Source: an uncultured Clostridia bacterium (lineage in GTDB: Bacteria; Bacillota; Clostridia; TANB77; CAG-508). Taken from it: a DNA stretch of 36,869 nt. Of the stretch, positions 18,014-28,552 are shown one piece after another. The translations under genes were made by a program, and so were the position numbers. Under the pieces are notes generated by a model that was not told where the DNA came from, ran no database searches, and was given only the letters and a program-made list of their open reading frames with translations. Numbering within the stretch: the stretch's first letter is position 1; each line of letters begins with the position of its first letter. The stretch covers positions 1-36,869 of the forward strand of contig CANQZP010000003.1 of the NCBI GenBank assembly GCA_947628395.1, given 5' to 3'.

Positions 18014-19948
18014 ATGGAAGATAAAAATAAAGAGAGTTTAATCGGCGCTTTTTCCGCAAATGAGAGAGGTTTCGGGTTTGTAAGACCTGAAGAGGAAGGT
18101 TTAGAGGATATTTATATTTCAAAGGATAATATAAATGGTGCTTTAAATGAAGATGTTGTAGAGGTAGAAATTATAAGTGGGAAAGAAGATAATAAAAGAG
18201 AAGAAGGAAAAATAGTTAGAATTGTAAGAAGGGGAAAACCTACTTTAGTTGGTACTTTTAAGAATAATAAGAATTTTGGTTTTGTTATTCCTGATGATAA
18301 AAAGTTTGGTACTGATATTTTTATTTCTAAGAAAAATTTTGGAAAGGCTAGAGATAATCATAAGGTTGTAGTAAAAATTCTTAAGTATCCTGAAAAAGGT
18401 AAAAAAGCTGAGGGCGAAATTATTGAAGTTATAGGAAATATTAATCAAGCTGGTGTTGATATGATGAGCTTGATTAAGGAATATGATTTGCCTTCAAGGT
18501 TTCCTGAGGATGTTATAGCAGAAGCTAAGAGTTTTGGTGATAAAATAGATTTATCTGATTTAAAAAATAGATATGATTTGAGAGATAAGAATATTTTTAC
18601 AATTGATGGAGAAGATGCTAAAGATTTAGATGATGCTATAATGGTAGAAAGAGCTAAAAATGGTCATTATTTATTAGATGTTCATATTGCTGATGTTAGC
18701 TATTATGTAAAAGATAGGAGTAAATTAGATAGAGAAGCTAGAATTAGAGGGACAAGTGTATATATGCTTGGAAGAGTAATTCCTATGATTCCAAGAGAAC
18801 TTTCAAATGGACTTTGTAGTTTAAATGCTGGTGAGGATAGATATACTCTTTCTGTTTTAATTGAAATAGATGAAAAAGGTAATGTTGTTGCCTCTGACTT
18901 ATATGACGCTGTAATTAGGGTTACTGAAAGAATGAATTATAATGATGTTCAAAAAATTCTAGATGGAAGTGATGAGAAGGTTTTAAAACGTTATGAGAAA
19001 TATATTGATGATTTTAAGTTAATGGCTGAAATTGCAACGCTTTTAAAAAATAAAAGAAAGGAAAAGGGATATTTAAATTTAGATTTACCTGAGAGTAAAA
19101 TTGAACTTGATCCTATTACAGGAAAGTGTATTAATGTTGGCAAATATGAACTTAAATTTTCTAATGAGATTATAGAGCAGTTTATGCTTACTGCAAATGA
19201 AGTAATTGCGGAAAGGTTTTATTGGCTCGAATTTCCTTTTATTTATCGTGTTCACGAGGCTCCTGATATTGAAAAGATAAATGAGCTTAATAGATTTTTA
19301 TATAATTTAGGTTATAAGATTCATGCTAATAAAGATAATATTCATCCTTCTAGTTTTTCTAAGGTTTTAGAAGAGGTTAAAGGAAAGCCAGAGGAGAAGG
19401 TTGTTTCCAATTTGATTTTAAGGACTTTGAAGGTTGCAAGATATGAAAGTGAAAATAAAGGACATTTTGGTATTGCTAGTAAATATTATTGTCATTTTAC
19501 TTCTCCTATAAGAAGGTATCCTGATTTATTTGTTCATAGAATTATTAAAGAATATTGGAAATCGTCAGAAAAGACTAAGGAAAGATTTAGAGAAAAGGCT
19601 GAAAAGTATGCTAGAGTTTCTTCTGAAAGAGAAAAGATTGCTGAAAAGGTTGAAAGAGAAGCTATTGATTTGAAAAAAGCAGAGTTTATGGAAGATAAAA
19701 TAGGCATGGAGTACGAAGGTATTGTTTCTTCTGTTACTCAATTTGGTATGTTTGTTGAGCTTGACAATACTGTAGAGGGATTAGTTCGTTTTGAAAATAT
19801 GGGTGATGAGTATTTTATTTATGATGAGCAGAATAAGAAGCTTATTGGAGAGAGAACTAATAGAACTTTTTGTATTGGTGATAAGGTGAAGGTTGTGGTG
19901 ATTGAGGCAAGTAAGGAGCTTAGGAAGGTTTCGTTTGCATTGGTATAA
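18014..19948 (+). CDS. rnr: Ribonuclease R (compact form)
   Basis: GFGFV cold-shock domains, FTIDGEDAKDLDDA, HFTSPIRRYPDL, C-terminal S1; no N-terminal HTH or basic tail. Confidence 0.95.
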   Translation: MEDKNKESLIGAFSANERGFGFVRPEEEGLEDIYISKDNINGALNEDVVEVEIISGKEDNKREEGKIVRIVRRGKPTLVGTFKNNKNFGFVIPDDKKFGTDIFISKKNFGKARDNHKVVVKILKYPEKGKKAEGEIIEVIGNINQAGVDMMSLIKEYDLPSRFPEDVIAEAKSFGDKIDLSDLKNRYDLRDKNIFTIDGEDAKDLDDAIMVERAKNGHYLLDVHIADVSYYVKDRSKLDREARIRGTSVYMLGRVIPMIPRELSNGLCSLNAGEDRYTLSVLIEIDEKGNVVASDLYDAVIRVTERMNYNDVQKILDGSDEKVLKRYEKYIDDFKLMAEIATLLKNKRKEKGYLNLDLPESKIELDPITGKCINVGKYELKFSNEIIEQFMLTANEVIAERFYWLEFPFIYRVHEAPDIEKINELNRFLYNLGYKIHANKDNIHPSSFSKVLEEVKGKPEEKVVSNLILRTLKVARYESENKGHFGIASKYYCHFTSPIRRYPDLFVHRIIKEYWKSSEKTKERFREKAEKYARVSSEREKIAEKVEREAIDLKKAEFMEDKIGMEYEGIVSSVTQFGMFVELDNTVEGLVRFENMGDEYFIYDEQNKKLIGERTNRTFCIGDKVKVVVIEASKELRKVSFALV

Positions 19949-19956
19949 AATTAATA

Positions 19957-20109
19957 TGGTGAAAGACAGGAAAAATGGGCGGAGACAAGCCCCGCCCCTA
20001 CAATGTTTATAGGAGATTTTTTGTATATTTATGATTATAATTTTAATTATATAGATTAGAATGTGGTGAAAGACAGGAAAAAGGGCGGAGACAAGCCCCG
20101 CCCCTACAA
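19957..20109. repeat. Two direct copies (~46 bp) of a REP-containing unit
   Basis: tggtgaaagacaggaaaaa(t)gggcggagacaagccccgcccctacaa at 19957-20003 and 20064-20109. Confidence 0.9.
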
Positions 20110-20297
20110 ATTTGAAAATCACATAAAAATAAAGCTTTCGAATGTGATTGGAATGAGTGTATAGATTCTTAAAAAATTAAAATGAGGAAGCGATGGCTAG
20201 CGAAGCTAGAACAGCGAGAGGCTCGTTTTAATTTTTTTTAGAATCTATAACGAGTGTATTGAGCCGAGAAAGCCTTTATTTTTATGTATTTTCAAAT
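20110..20297. repeat. ~190-bp imperfect palindrome (MITE-like or structured element)
   Basis: Nested arms atttgaaaat/attttcaaat, acataaaaataaag/ctttatttttatgt, tatagattct/agaatctata, aaaaaattaaaa/ttttaattttt, with an apical ctagcgaagctag. Confidence 0.7.
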
Positions 20298-20424
20298 ACA
20301 ATAATATAAATTATATTAACTAATAATAAATATTATAATAAAAATATAAAAAAGACTTTATATTTATTTTTTTTTGTAATATAATAATACTACTAATTTT
20401 ATGTTAGTATATTAGGAGGAATTT

Positions 20425-22974
20425 ATGAACAAAAAAGGTAGAAGAAGTTCTAATACAAGTAAGACGAGAAGATATGGTACTGTTAGTGATGAGACTAGAT
20501 TGTATAAAACAGATAGTTTATCATCAAAAAATAATTCTACGGTTAAAAATAATAGCAAGAGTAAAGGTAAAAAAACTAAAAAGAATAAAAAGCAAAAGTC
20601 AAAGGCATGGCGTATTATAAAGAAAATTTTAATAGCTTTACTTATTTTAGGAATTTTAGCTGGTTTGATTGTTGCTGGAATAATCGCAGGTATATTTTTA
20701 GGATTATTTGGTGATGATTTTAAAATGACTAAAGATGATTTATTAATTTCTTTCTCAAATTCAGAGGTTTATGATGCTGATGGAAATTTGATTGCTACTT
20801 TAAGTGGAAATGAGAAAAGAAAAATTATTAGTATGTCTGAAATGCCAGAATATTTACCTAAAGCATATGTTGCTATAGAGGATGAAAGATTTTATTCTCA
20901 TTCTGGTGTTGATATAAAAAGAACAGGTGCAGCAACTATTACATATCTTTTCCATAGGGGTAATTCATCATTTGGTGGTAGTACAATAACTCAACAGTTA
21001 GTAAAAAATATTACTAAAGAAGATGAAGATTCTGCTATGAGAAAAGTAAAAGAAATGGCAAGAGCTATTCAAGTAGAAAAAGAAATTTCTAAGGATAATA
21101 TTTTAGAGCTTTATCTAAATGTAATATTTGTTGGTGGAAATAACATTAATGGTGTTGCTCTAGGATCAGAGTATTATTTCAATAAAAATGTAAAAGATTT
21201 AGATTTAGCTGAGTGTGCTTTCTTAGCTGGAATTAACCATTCACCAAATAAGTATAATCCTTTTGAAAATATGGATGATGCAAAGAAGAAAATGATAAAT
21301 GATAGAACAAAAACTGTTCTAGATAAAATGAGAGATTTAGGATATGCTTCAAAAGAAGATTATGATGCAGCTTATGCTAAATTAGATGGAGAAGGTTTAC
21401 CTTTTAGTCAAGGAAATTTGGGTTCTTCTACAATCTATTCTTATCATACAGAGGCTGCTATAAATGAAATTATTAATCAACTTATGGAAGAAAAAGATAT
21501 GAGTCGTGACATGGCTGAAACTACTGTTTATGGTGGAGGACTTAAAATATATACAACTCAAAAACCAAATGTACAATCAGCTATTGATGAAGAAATGAAA
21601 AAAGAAAAATATCAGAAAGCTTCTAAGAAAAATCCAGGTACACATTCTCAAGCAGCTATAGTAGTTATTGATCATACTACAGGAAAAGTTGTTGGAGTTG
21701 GTGGACAATTAGGTGAAAAGACTACGAATGGAGATTTAAATAGGGGTACTCAAACTAAAAGACAGGTAGGTTCTGCTATGAAACCTTTATCTGTAATTGC
21801 TCCAGCTGTTAATGAAGGAATTATTAGTCCTGCTTCTGTATATAAAGATGAAAAAACAACTTTTCCTGGAAACTATACTCCTGAAAACTATTATCATAGT
21901 TTCCATGGACCTCAAACTGTAAGAGAGGCAATAACTATATCTGGAAATATTATTCCTCTTAAGATTTTACAAGAGGTTGGAGTTGAAAAATCAATTGATT
22001 ATTTAAGGAAAATGGGAATTACTACTATAGATGATAATGAAGGTTTATCTATTGGTTTAGGTGGACTTCGTAATGGTGCTTCTGTATTGGAAATTGCAGG
22101 TGCTTATGCTACTATTGCAAATGATGGTACATATATTGAACCTACTTTCTATTCAGAAGTTAAGAATGCTTCTGATGAGGTTATTTTAACTCCTAACCAA
22201 GAAACCAGAGAGGTTTTAGATAAATCTAGTGCATATATTGTAAAAAGCATTGTTACTGCTCCAGTTGTAGGAGCTGGTGGTACAGCTACTTATTGTGCTA
22301 TACCTAATATGGATGTTGCAGCTAAAACTGGTACAACTGATGATAACTTTGATAGATGGCTTTGTGGATTTACACCATATTATACTGCTGCAACTTGGTT
22401 TGGATATGATCAAAATGAAAAAATTAATTATGATGGTTCACCAAGTAACCCTGCTGGAGGAATTTGGGATGGTGTAATGACTGCTATACATACTGGTTTA
22501 CCTGGAAAAAGATTTGATAAACCAGCTGATATTGTTCAAGCTACGGTATGTAAAGATTCTGGATTATTGCCTTCAGAAGGATGTACAAATTTAGTTACAG
22601 ATATATTTATTAGTTCGAGAGTTCCTACTAAACATTGTAGTACAAATTCTAGAAAATATCAGATTTGTGTAGATTCTGGATTACTTGCTATACCAGGTGT
22701 TTGCCCTAATGTTGAAGAAAAAAGTTTTGTAGACGAAGAGGATAAGATTCCAACTCAAATGTGTAATATTCATAAACAAGAAGAAACACCTACACCATCG
22801 GCTAGCCCAAGTTCTAAGCCACAAGTGACTCCAAGTAGTACTCCTCCAACGAGTAAGCCAACTTCTTCTCCAAGTCCATCACCATCTACACCACCTACTT
22901 CTGACCCTGCAACTAAACCATCTCCTTCACCAAGTGAACAGCCACCTAAAAATCCAGATACACCAGGAACGTAA
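20425..22974 (+). CDS. Class A penicillin-binding protein (PBP1A family)
   Basis: Basic N-terminal tail and TM; transglycosylase EDERF, GGSTITQQLVKN, RKVKE; transpeptidase SAMK, SGN, KTGT; Cys-rich C-terminus and Pro/Ser/Thr tail. Confidence 0.95.
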   Translation: MNKKGRRSSNTSKTRRYGTVSDETRLYKTDSLSSKNNSTVKNNSKSKGKKTKKNKKQKSKAWRIIKKILIALLILGILAGLIVAGIIAGIFLGLFGDDFKMTKDDLLISFSNSEVYDADGNLIATLSGNEKRKIISMSEMPEYLPKAYVAIEDERFYSHSGVDIKRTGAATITYLFHRGNSSFGGSTITQQLVKNITKEDEDSAMRKVKEMARAIQVEKEISKDNILELYLNVIFVGGNNINGVALGSEYYFNKNVKDLDLAECAFLAGINHSPNKYNPFENMDDAKKKMINDRTKTVLDKMRDLGYASKEDYDAAYAKLDGEGLPFSQGNLGSSTIYSYHTEAAINEIINQLMEEKDMSRDMAETTVYGGGLKIYTTQKPNVQSAIDEEMKKEKYQKASKKNPGTHSQAAIVVIDHTTGKVVGVGGQLGEKTTNGDLNRGTQTKRQVGSAMKPLSVIAPAVNEGIISPASVYKDEKTTFPGNYTPENYYHSFHGPQTVREAITISGNIIPLKILQEVGVEKSIDYLRKMGITTIDDNEGLSIGLGGLRNGASVLEIAGAYATIANDGTYIEPTFYSEVKNASDEVILTPNQETREVLDKSSAYIVKSIVTAPVVGAGGTATYCAIPNMDVAAKTGTTDDNFDRWLCGFTPYYTAATWFGYDQNEKINYDGSPSNPAGGIWDGVMTAIHTGLPGKRFDKPADIVQATVCKDSGLLPSEGCTNLVTDIFISSRVPTKHCSTNSRKYQICVDSGLLAIPGVCPNVEEKSFVDEEDKIPTQMCNIHKQEETPTPSASPSSKPQVTPSSTPPTSKPTSSPSPSPSTPPTSDPATKPSPSPSEQPPKNPDTPGT

Positions 22975-23000
22975 ATTATAAATTTTTGAAAGGAATGTTT

Positions 23001-24380
23001 ATGGATATTTATTTATATAATACATTAACTAGGAAGAAAGAAAAATTTAATCCAATTGATGAAAAAGAGATTAGAATGTATTCTTGTGGACCAACTGTGT
23101 ATTATTTTGCACATATAGGTAATTTAAGAGCATATCTTTTTATGGATAATTTAAGAAGAGTTTTAAAATATAATGGATATAAATTAAAACATGCTATGAA
23201 TATAACTGATGTTGGACATTTGGAATCTGATGCAGATGAAGGCGAAGACAAAATGCTTAAAGCTGCTAAAAGAGAAAATAAGAATCCTTATGAAATAGCT
23301 GAATTTTATACTCAAAAGTTCATGGAAGATTTAGAAAAATTAAATATATCTAAACCAGAAATTATCTGTAAGGCAACAGAGCATATTAAAGATATGGAAG
23401 AGTATGTAAAGAAAATTATAGAAAATGGATATGCTTATGAGACTAAAGATACTATTTATTTTGATACTTCAAAGTTAGATAAATATGGCGTCTTATCTAA
23501 TATAAATGTAAATGAGCAAAAGGCAGGAGCCAGAGTTGAATTTGATAAAAATAAAAAAAATGTAACAGATTTTGCAATTTGGATTAAAGCTCCAGAAAAT
23601 CATATTATGAAATGGGATACTTTTTGGGGTAAATGTTATCCTGGTTGGCATTTGGAATGTTCTGCTATGGGAAGAAAATATTTAGGAGAATTATTTGATA
23701 TACATACTGGAGGAATTGACCATATTCCAATTCATCATGAAAATGAAATTGCTCAAAGTAAAGGATATTCAGGACATATTCCTGCTAATTATTGGATGCA
23801 TTGTGAATTCTTACTTATTGACGGTGGAAAAATGTCTAAGAGTTTAAATAATTTATATACTATATCTGATTTAGAAGAAAAGGGATATTCTGCTTTAGAT
23901 TTTCGTATGTTTAATTTTACATCTCATTATAGAAATAAAATTAATTTTACTTGGGACTCTCTAGAAGCTGCTAAAACGGCTAGAAGTCGCTTAAAAGAAG
24001 GAGTAAAAAAACATAAAGAAGGAAATGAAAATATAAGTGAAGATATTATAAGGAATTATGAAAATAAATTTTTAGAGGCTATTAATGATGATCTAAATAT
24101 GCCTCAAGCTATGAGTGTAGTTTGGGATATTGTAAGACAAAATAATAAATCTAAAAGATATTATGATTTATTGATAAAATTTGATAAAGTTTTAGGATTA
24201 GAGTTAGATAAAGAGGAAGAATTAGATATTCCTGAAGAAGTTAAAGAATTAATTAATAAAAGAAAAATTGCTAGAGATAATAAAAACTGGGAAGAGTCTG
24301 ATAAATTAAGAGATGAAATCTCAAATAATGGGTATATTGTAAAAGATACCAAAGATGGAATGGAGATTTTAAAGAAATAG
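23001..24380 (+). CDS. cysS: Cysteinyl-tRNA synthetase
   Basis: YSCGPTVY..HIGN, PGWHLECSAM, DIHTGGIDHIPIHHENE, KMSKS; ATG at 23001 follows the RBS AAGGA. Confidence 0.97.
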   Translation: MDIYLYNTLTRKKEKFNPIDEKEIRMYSCGPTVYYFAHIGNLRAYLFMDNLRRVLKYNGYKLKHAMNITDVGHLESDADEGEDKMLKAAKRENKNPYEIAEFYTQKFMEDLEKLNISKPEIICKATEHIKDMEEYVKKIIENGYAYETKDTIYFDTSKLDKYGVLSNINVNEQKAGARVEFDKNKKNVTDFAIWIKAPENHIMKWDTFWGKCYPGWHLECSAMGRKYLGELFDIHTGGIDHIPIHHENEIAQSKGYSGHIPANYWMHCEFLLIDGGKMSKSLNNLYTISDLEEKGYSALDFRMFNFTSHYRNKINFTWDSLEAAKTARSRLKEGVKKHKEGNENISEDIIRNYENKFLEAINDDLNMPQAMSVVWDIVRQNNKSKRYYDLLIKFDKVLGLELDKEEELDIPEEVKELINKRKIARDNKNWEESDKLRDEISNNGYIVKDTKDGMEILKK

Positions 24381-24396
24381 CGATTGGAGGATATAG

Positions 24397-25449
24397 ATGA
24401 GATTTGTGATAAAAGATACGGAAAAAGAGTATACTGAGTTTTTGGAAAAACATGAAAGATGTAATTTTCAACAATCTCTAGAATGGGGCAGAGTAAAAAC
24501 TAACTGGATTAAAGAAGTGGTTCTTGCAGAAGATGAGAATAAAAAAATAAAAGGTTCAATTTGTGTATGGATTAGAAAAATTCCGATTTTTGGAAATATG
24601 ATGTATGCATCTCGTGGACCTGTTTGTGATATTCATGATGAAGATACTTTAATGCAGCTTACTGAAGGTGTTAAAGAATTAGCTAAAAAATATAAAGCTT
24701 TTGTTTTTAGAATGGAACCTGATATAAAGACTGATGATGAAAAGTTTAGAGAAATAGTTACTAAGCTTGGATATAAAATAAAAGATGATGCTAAAGATTT
24801 TAAAGATGAAATTCAGCCAAGATTTGTTTTTAGATTAAATATAAAAGATAAAACTGAAGAAGAAGTTTTAGCTGGATTTCATCAAAAGACAAGATATAAT
24901 ATAAGGCTTGCTACTAAAAAAGGCGTTGTAGTTAAAGAAGCTGGACGTGAAGATTTGAAGGCATTTCATGATATCATGGTCGAAACAGGAAAAAGAGATG
25001 ATTTTATAATTAGAAGTTTAGAGTATTTTGAAAAAATGTATGATGAGCTTGCACCTGATCATATGAAGCTTCTTATGGCATATTATGAGGACGAGCCTAT
25101 TTCTGGAATTATTCCTATTATGTATGGTAATAAAACATGGTATTTATATGGCGCTAGTAGTAATAAACATAGAAATTTGATGCCAAATTATTTGCTTCAA
25201 TGGGAAATGATAAAGGAAGCTATTAAGAATAAATGTGATATTTATGATTTTAGAGGAGTTTCTGGCGTAGTTGATGAATCCCATCCACAGTATGGTTTGT
25301 ATAGATTTAAAAAAGGATTTGGAGCTGAATTTACAGAATTTATTGGTGAAGTTTATTTACCTTTTAGACCAATTTGGTATAAATTTTATAAGTTTTCAGA
25401 AAAAACTTTTAGGAGTCTTAGAGATGTAAAAAGGAAATTATCAAAATAA
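24397..25449 (+). CDS. FemABX/MurM-family peptidoglycan bridge aminoacyltransferase
   Basis: FQQSLEWGRVK, YASRGPV, KTRYNIRLATKKGV, YLYGASS, YLLQWEMI, YDFRGV, GLYRFKKGFG. Confidence 0.92.
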   Translation: MRFVIKDTEKEYTEFLEKHERCNFQQSLEWGRVKTNWIKEVVLAEDENKKIKGSICVWIRKIPIFGNMMYASRGPVCDIHDEDTLMQLTEGVKELAKKYKAFVFRMEPDIKTDDEKFREIVTKLGYKIKDDAKDFKDEIQPRFVFRLNIKDKTEEEVLAGFHQKTRYNIRLATKKGVVVKEAGREDLKAFHDIMVETGKRDDFIIRSLEYFEKMYDELAPDHMKLLMAYYEDEPISGIIPIMYGNKTWYLYGASSNKHRNLMPNYLLQWEMIKEAIKNKCDIYDFRGVSGVVDESHPQYGLYRFKKGFGAEFTEFIGEVYLPFRPIWYKFYKFSEKTFRSLRDVKRKLSK

Positions 25450-25462
25450 GAAGGGAATATAA

Positions 25463-26347
25463 ATGGAAAAAATAACTTTTTTTAAAAGATTAAAAATTGC
25501 GTTAATAGATTTAGAAGAATATGTAAAATTTTTAGGTGAAAAATTTTCAAAGAGTATCTTCTTTGTTTTGAAAATATCTTTATTATTAGCTGTAATTTTT
25601 TCTGTTTCAAATATCGGATATATTTTTTATAAATATAAATCCGTTTCTAATTTTATAACGTCTACAGTGCCTGATTTTTCTGTTGTAGATGGAAAGTTGC
25701 AAATCAATGAAGAAGATAAAAAGTCAAAAGAGAAAAAAGATGCTTTAACAGTTATGGAAGAAATTGATGATAATATAGATTTAAAAATTGTAAATGATGG
25801 GTATAATAGAGATAACTTTATAAAAGATATTAATGATAATTTAATGTATATTCTAATTACAGCTTTTTTGGGAATATTGTTAGCAAATTTTCTGGAGATA
25901 TCTATATTTTGGCTTTTCAATGCAATTATGACTTCTATAGTTGGTGAGTTATTATTACTTATGTCTAGAATAAAAATGAAATACAGATATGTTTATGCTA
26001 TGTCTATATATGCTTCTACGTTGTCTATGATTCTTACGGTAATATATTCAATTATTAGAATGTATTTTGATATATACATTGACATATTTGATTATATTTA
26101 TATAATTATTTCGTATATCTATATAACGGCTGTAATTTTGATGATAAGAGCTGAACTTATAAAACAGCAAATTGAGATAATAAAAATTGTAGCGCAAAAG
26201 AAAGAGAAAAAATTAGAAGAAACTAAAGAGGAGAATCAAGAAGAAAAGGATAAAAAAGAAGACAAAGATGAAGAAAAAAAAGATGACAAAAAAGATAAAA
26301 ACAAAGAGTCTGATGACTTAGATGATGAACCGGGTGAGACTTGTTAA
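25463..26347 (+). CDS. Membrane protein (DUF1189-like) with a charged C-terminal tail
   Basis: N-terminal TM, VPDFSVVDGKL, three C-terminal TMs including MSIYASTL; K/E/D-rich tail. Confidence 0.6.
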   Translation: MEKITFFKRLKIALIDLEEYVKFLGEKFSKSIFFVLKISLLLAVIFSVSNIGYIFYKYKSVSNFITSTVPDFSVVDGKLQINEEDKKSKEKKDALTVMEEIDDNIDLKIVNDGYNRDNFIKDINDNLMYILITAFLGILLANFLEISIFWLFNAIMTSIVGELLLLMSRIKMKYRYVYAMSIYASTLSMILTVIYSIIRMYFDIYIDIFDYIYIIISYIYITAVILMIRAELIKQQIEIIKIVAQKKEKKLEETKEENQEEKDKKEDKDEEKKDDKKDKNKESDDLDDEPGETC

Positions 26348-26370
26348 TTAGAAAGGGAGTTTAATTATTT

Positions 26371-28164
26371 ATGAAAGATAATGGTAAGAAAAAACAAAAT
26401 AATGTAAAACTAATTTTATCTATTATTATTTTATTATTGATTGTTGGAATAGTAGGATTACTTATTTGGAAATCTAATCAAGATTCAAAAGACAAGGAAA
26501 TTACTTATAATGAATTATATAATGATATAAAAGATGGAAAAGTTAAAGAAATAGAAATGGTTATAGGTGGTTCTTCTGTTAAAGTTAAATATGAAGATAC
26601 GGATGAAGGAGAAGAAAAAATAGCTAAAATTAATACTACTCAAGGTTTTATGGATTTTATAAATGAGCAATTAAAAGAAGATAATGAAATTAAAGTAAAT
26701 ATAAAATCTCCTAGTATGTTATTAACTGTTGGAGAAAAGTTAATTAATTTTATTCCTACGATAATGATAATTGTACTAATTGTTTTATTGTTTAAGATGC
26801 AAGGTTTGGGCGAAAAAGGAAAAGTTTATGGAAATGATGAAGAAAATGAAACTGGTATTAGATTTAAAGATGTTGCAGGTTTAGATGAAGAGAAAAATGA
26901 ATTAGTAGAAATTGTAGAATTTTTGAAGAATCCTAGAAAGTTTCAAAATATGGGTGCTAAAATACCAAGAGGAATTTTACTTTATGGTAAGCCGGGAACT
27001 GGTAAGACTTTGATTGCAAAAGCAATTGCTGGTGAAGCTGGTGTTCCTTTTATTTCAATGAGTGGTTCAGAATTTATTGAAATGTTTGCTGGTCTTGGTG
27101 CTTCTAGGGTTAGAAAATTATTTGAAAAGGCTAAAAAAATTTCACCTTGTATAGTTTTTATTGATGAGATTGATGCTATTGGAGCTAGAAGAACAAGTAA
27201 TAGTGGTTCAGAATCTGAAAATAATCAAACTTTAAATCAATTATTAGTTGAAATGGATGGGTTTGAGAGTAGTGAAACTATAATTGTATTAGCTGCTACT
27301 AATAGACCTGAAATGTTAGATAAGGCTTTATTAAGACCTGGTAGATTTGATAGACAAATTACTATTCCTGCTCCTGATTTATTAGGAAGAGAGGAAATCT
27401 TAAAATTATATACTAAGGATAAAAAATTAGCAAGTGATATCGATTTGAAAGAAATAGCAGGAGACACTGCTGGTTTTACAGGTGCAGAGCTTAATAATTT
27501 ACTTAATGAGGCTGCGATTTTAGCTACTAGAAATAATCATAAAGCTATTCAAAAATCTGATATTGAGGCTGCTGTTAAGAAGATTACTGTTGGTTTAGAG
27601 AAACATAATAGAGTAGTTTCTGAAAAGGATAAGAAACTTACTGCTTATCATGAGGCTGGACATGCTGTAGTTAGTAGATTTTTAGAGACTCAGCAAAATG
27701 TAAAAGAGGTTTCTATTATTCCTAGAGGTTTAACTGGTGGATATACAATGTATAAAACTACTGAGGATAAGTTCTATGTTTCTAAGACTGAATTGGAAGA
27801 AAAGATGATTGCATTAATGGGTGGTAGAGCTGCTGAGAAGATTGCTTTGAATGATATTTCTACTGGTGCAAGTAATGATATTGAAGTTGCTACTGGAATT
27901 GCTAGGGATATGATTACAATTTATGGTATGAGTAATAGTTTAGGTCCTATTTCTTTAAAGGTTGATGAACCTTATGAGTTACAAATTTTTGGAGAGGGTA
28001 TTACTGATGAGGTTGGTATTCAAGTTAAGAAATTGATTGATGAGGCTTATGAGAAGGCTCAAAAGATATTACTTGATAATATGGATATTTTACATGCTGT
28101 TGCTGAGAATTTGTTGGTAAAAGAGACTATTTCTGGGGAGGAATTTGAAGAATTTTTTAAATAG
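26371..28164 (+). CDS. ftsH: ATP-dependent zinc metalloprotease FtsH
   Basis: Two TMs, FKDVAGLDEEK, GKPGTGKT, FIDEIDA, LLRPGRFDRQI, HEAGH. Confidence 0.97.
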   Translation: MKDNGKKKQNNVKLILSIIILLLIVGIVGLLIWKSNQDSKDKEITYNELYNDIKDGKVKEIEMVIGGSSVKVKYEDTDEGEEKIAKINTTQGFMDFINEQLKEDNEIKVNIKSPSMLLTVGEKLINFIPTIMIIVLIVLLFKMQGLGEKGKVYGNDEENETGIRFKDVAGLDEEKNELVEIVEFLKNPRKFQNMGAKIPRGILLYGKPGTGKTLIAKAIAGEAGVPFISMSGSEFIEMFAGLGASRVRKLFEKAKKISPCIVFIDEIDAIGARRTSNSGSESENNQTLNQLLVEMDGFESSETIIVLAATNRPEMLDKALLRPGRFDRQITIPAPDLLGREEILKLYTKDKKLASDIDLKEIAGDTAGFTGAELNNLLNEAAILATRNNHKAIQKSDIEAAVKKITVGLEKHNRVVSEKDKKLTAYHEAGHAVVSRFLETQQNVKEVSIIPRGLTGGYTMYKTTEDKFYVSKTELEEKMIALMGGRAAEKIALNDISTGASNDIEVATGIARDMITIYGMSNSLGPISLKVDEPYELQIFGEGITDEVGIQVKKLIDEAYEKAQKILLDNMDILHAVAENLLVKETISGEEFEEFFK

Positions 28165-28205
28165 ATAAATTTTCATTTAAGTTAAGAATAGTTCTTTTTA
28201 AAGCT

Positions 28206-28401
28206 GTATAATAATTGATTTTTAAATAGCTGCGCAGCGACCAAACGAGGCTTTTAAAAGCCGAGTGCGATTGAAGCAACTTACAGATATTTTTGTATTT
28301 CGCATATTCTTCGAAGAACGGGCGATTGATAATCGCCCCTACGAAATACTTTTTAATCTGAAAGTTGCGACAGCAAAGCTAGAAAAAATCAATTATTATA
28401 C
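28206..28401. mobile_element. ~195-bp MITE-like element with terminal inverted repeats and an internal REP (copy 1)
   Basis: TIRs gtataataattgattttt / aaaaatcaattattatac; internal gggcgattgataatcgcccctac; closely similar to 34893-35087. Confidence 0.75.
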
Positions 28402-28444
28402 TTGCTTTAATAACTATAAAAAATCAAAAAAATTGATAAAATAC

Positions 28445-28473
28445 TTGCAATTGGATAAAATAGGTAGTATAAT
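28445..28473 (+). promoter_or_regulatory. Sigma-A promoter of the rimP operon
   Basis: TTGCAA-17 bp-TATAAT. Confidence 0.75.
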
Positions 28474-28499
28474 AGTTAAAGCAAAATAGTTAATCTAGA

Positions 28500-28524
28500 A
28501 GAGTGGAAGCAAATTCCACTCTTT
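28500..28524 (+). promoter_or_regulatory. rimP leader hairpin
   Basis: agagtggaa-gcaaa-ttccactct-tt between the promoter and rimP, like the AGAGTGG..CCACTCT hairpin common upstream of Firmicute rimP. Confidence 0.7.
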
Positions 28525-28552
28525 AATTGTATAAAAAAGAAAGGATTGTATT

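Noticed and set aside
19957-20109. CRISPR array
   Set aside because: Only two copies, part of a dispersed REP family, and no cas genes.
22785-22970. Repetitive Pro/Ser/Thr tail of the PBP
   Set aside because: Common disordered C-terminal tail of class A PBPs.
28265-28489. 74-aa ORF, and similar ORFs at 34793-35032, 17395-17586, 19781-20122 and 6889-7143
   Set aside because: They are translations of REP/MITE repeats (VGAGLVSA, VGAIINRP) or overlap real genes, and have no convincing RBS.
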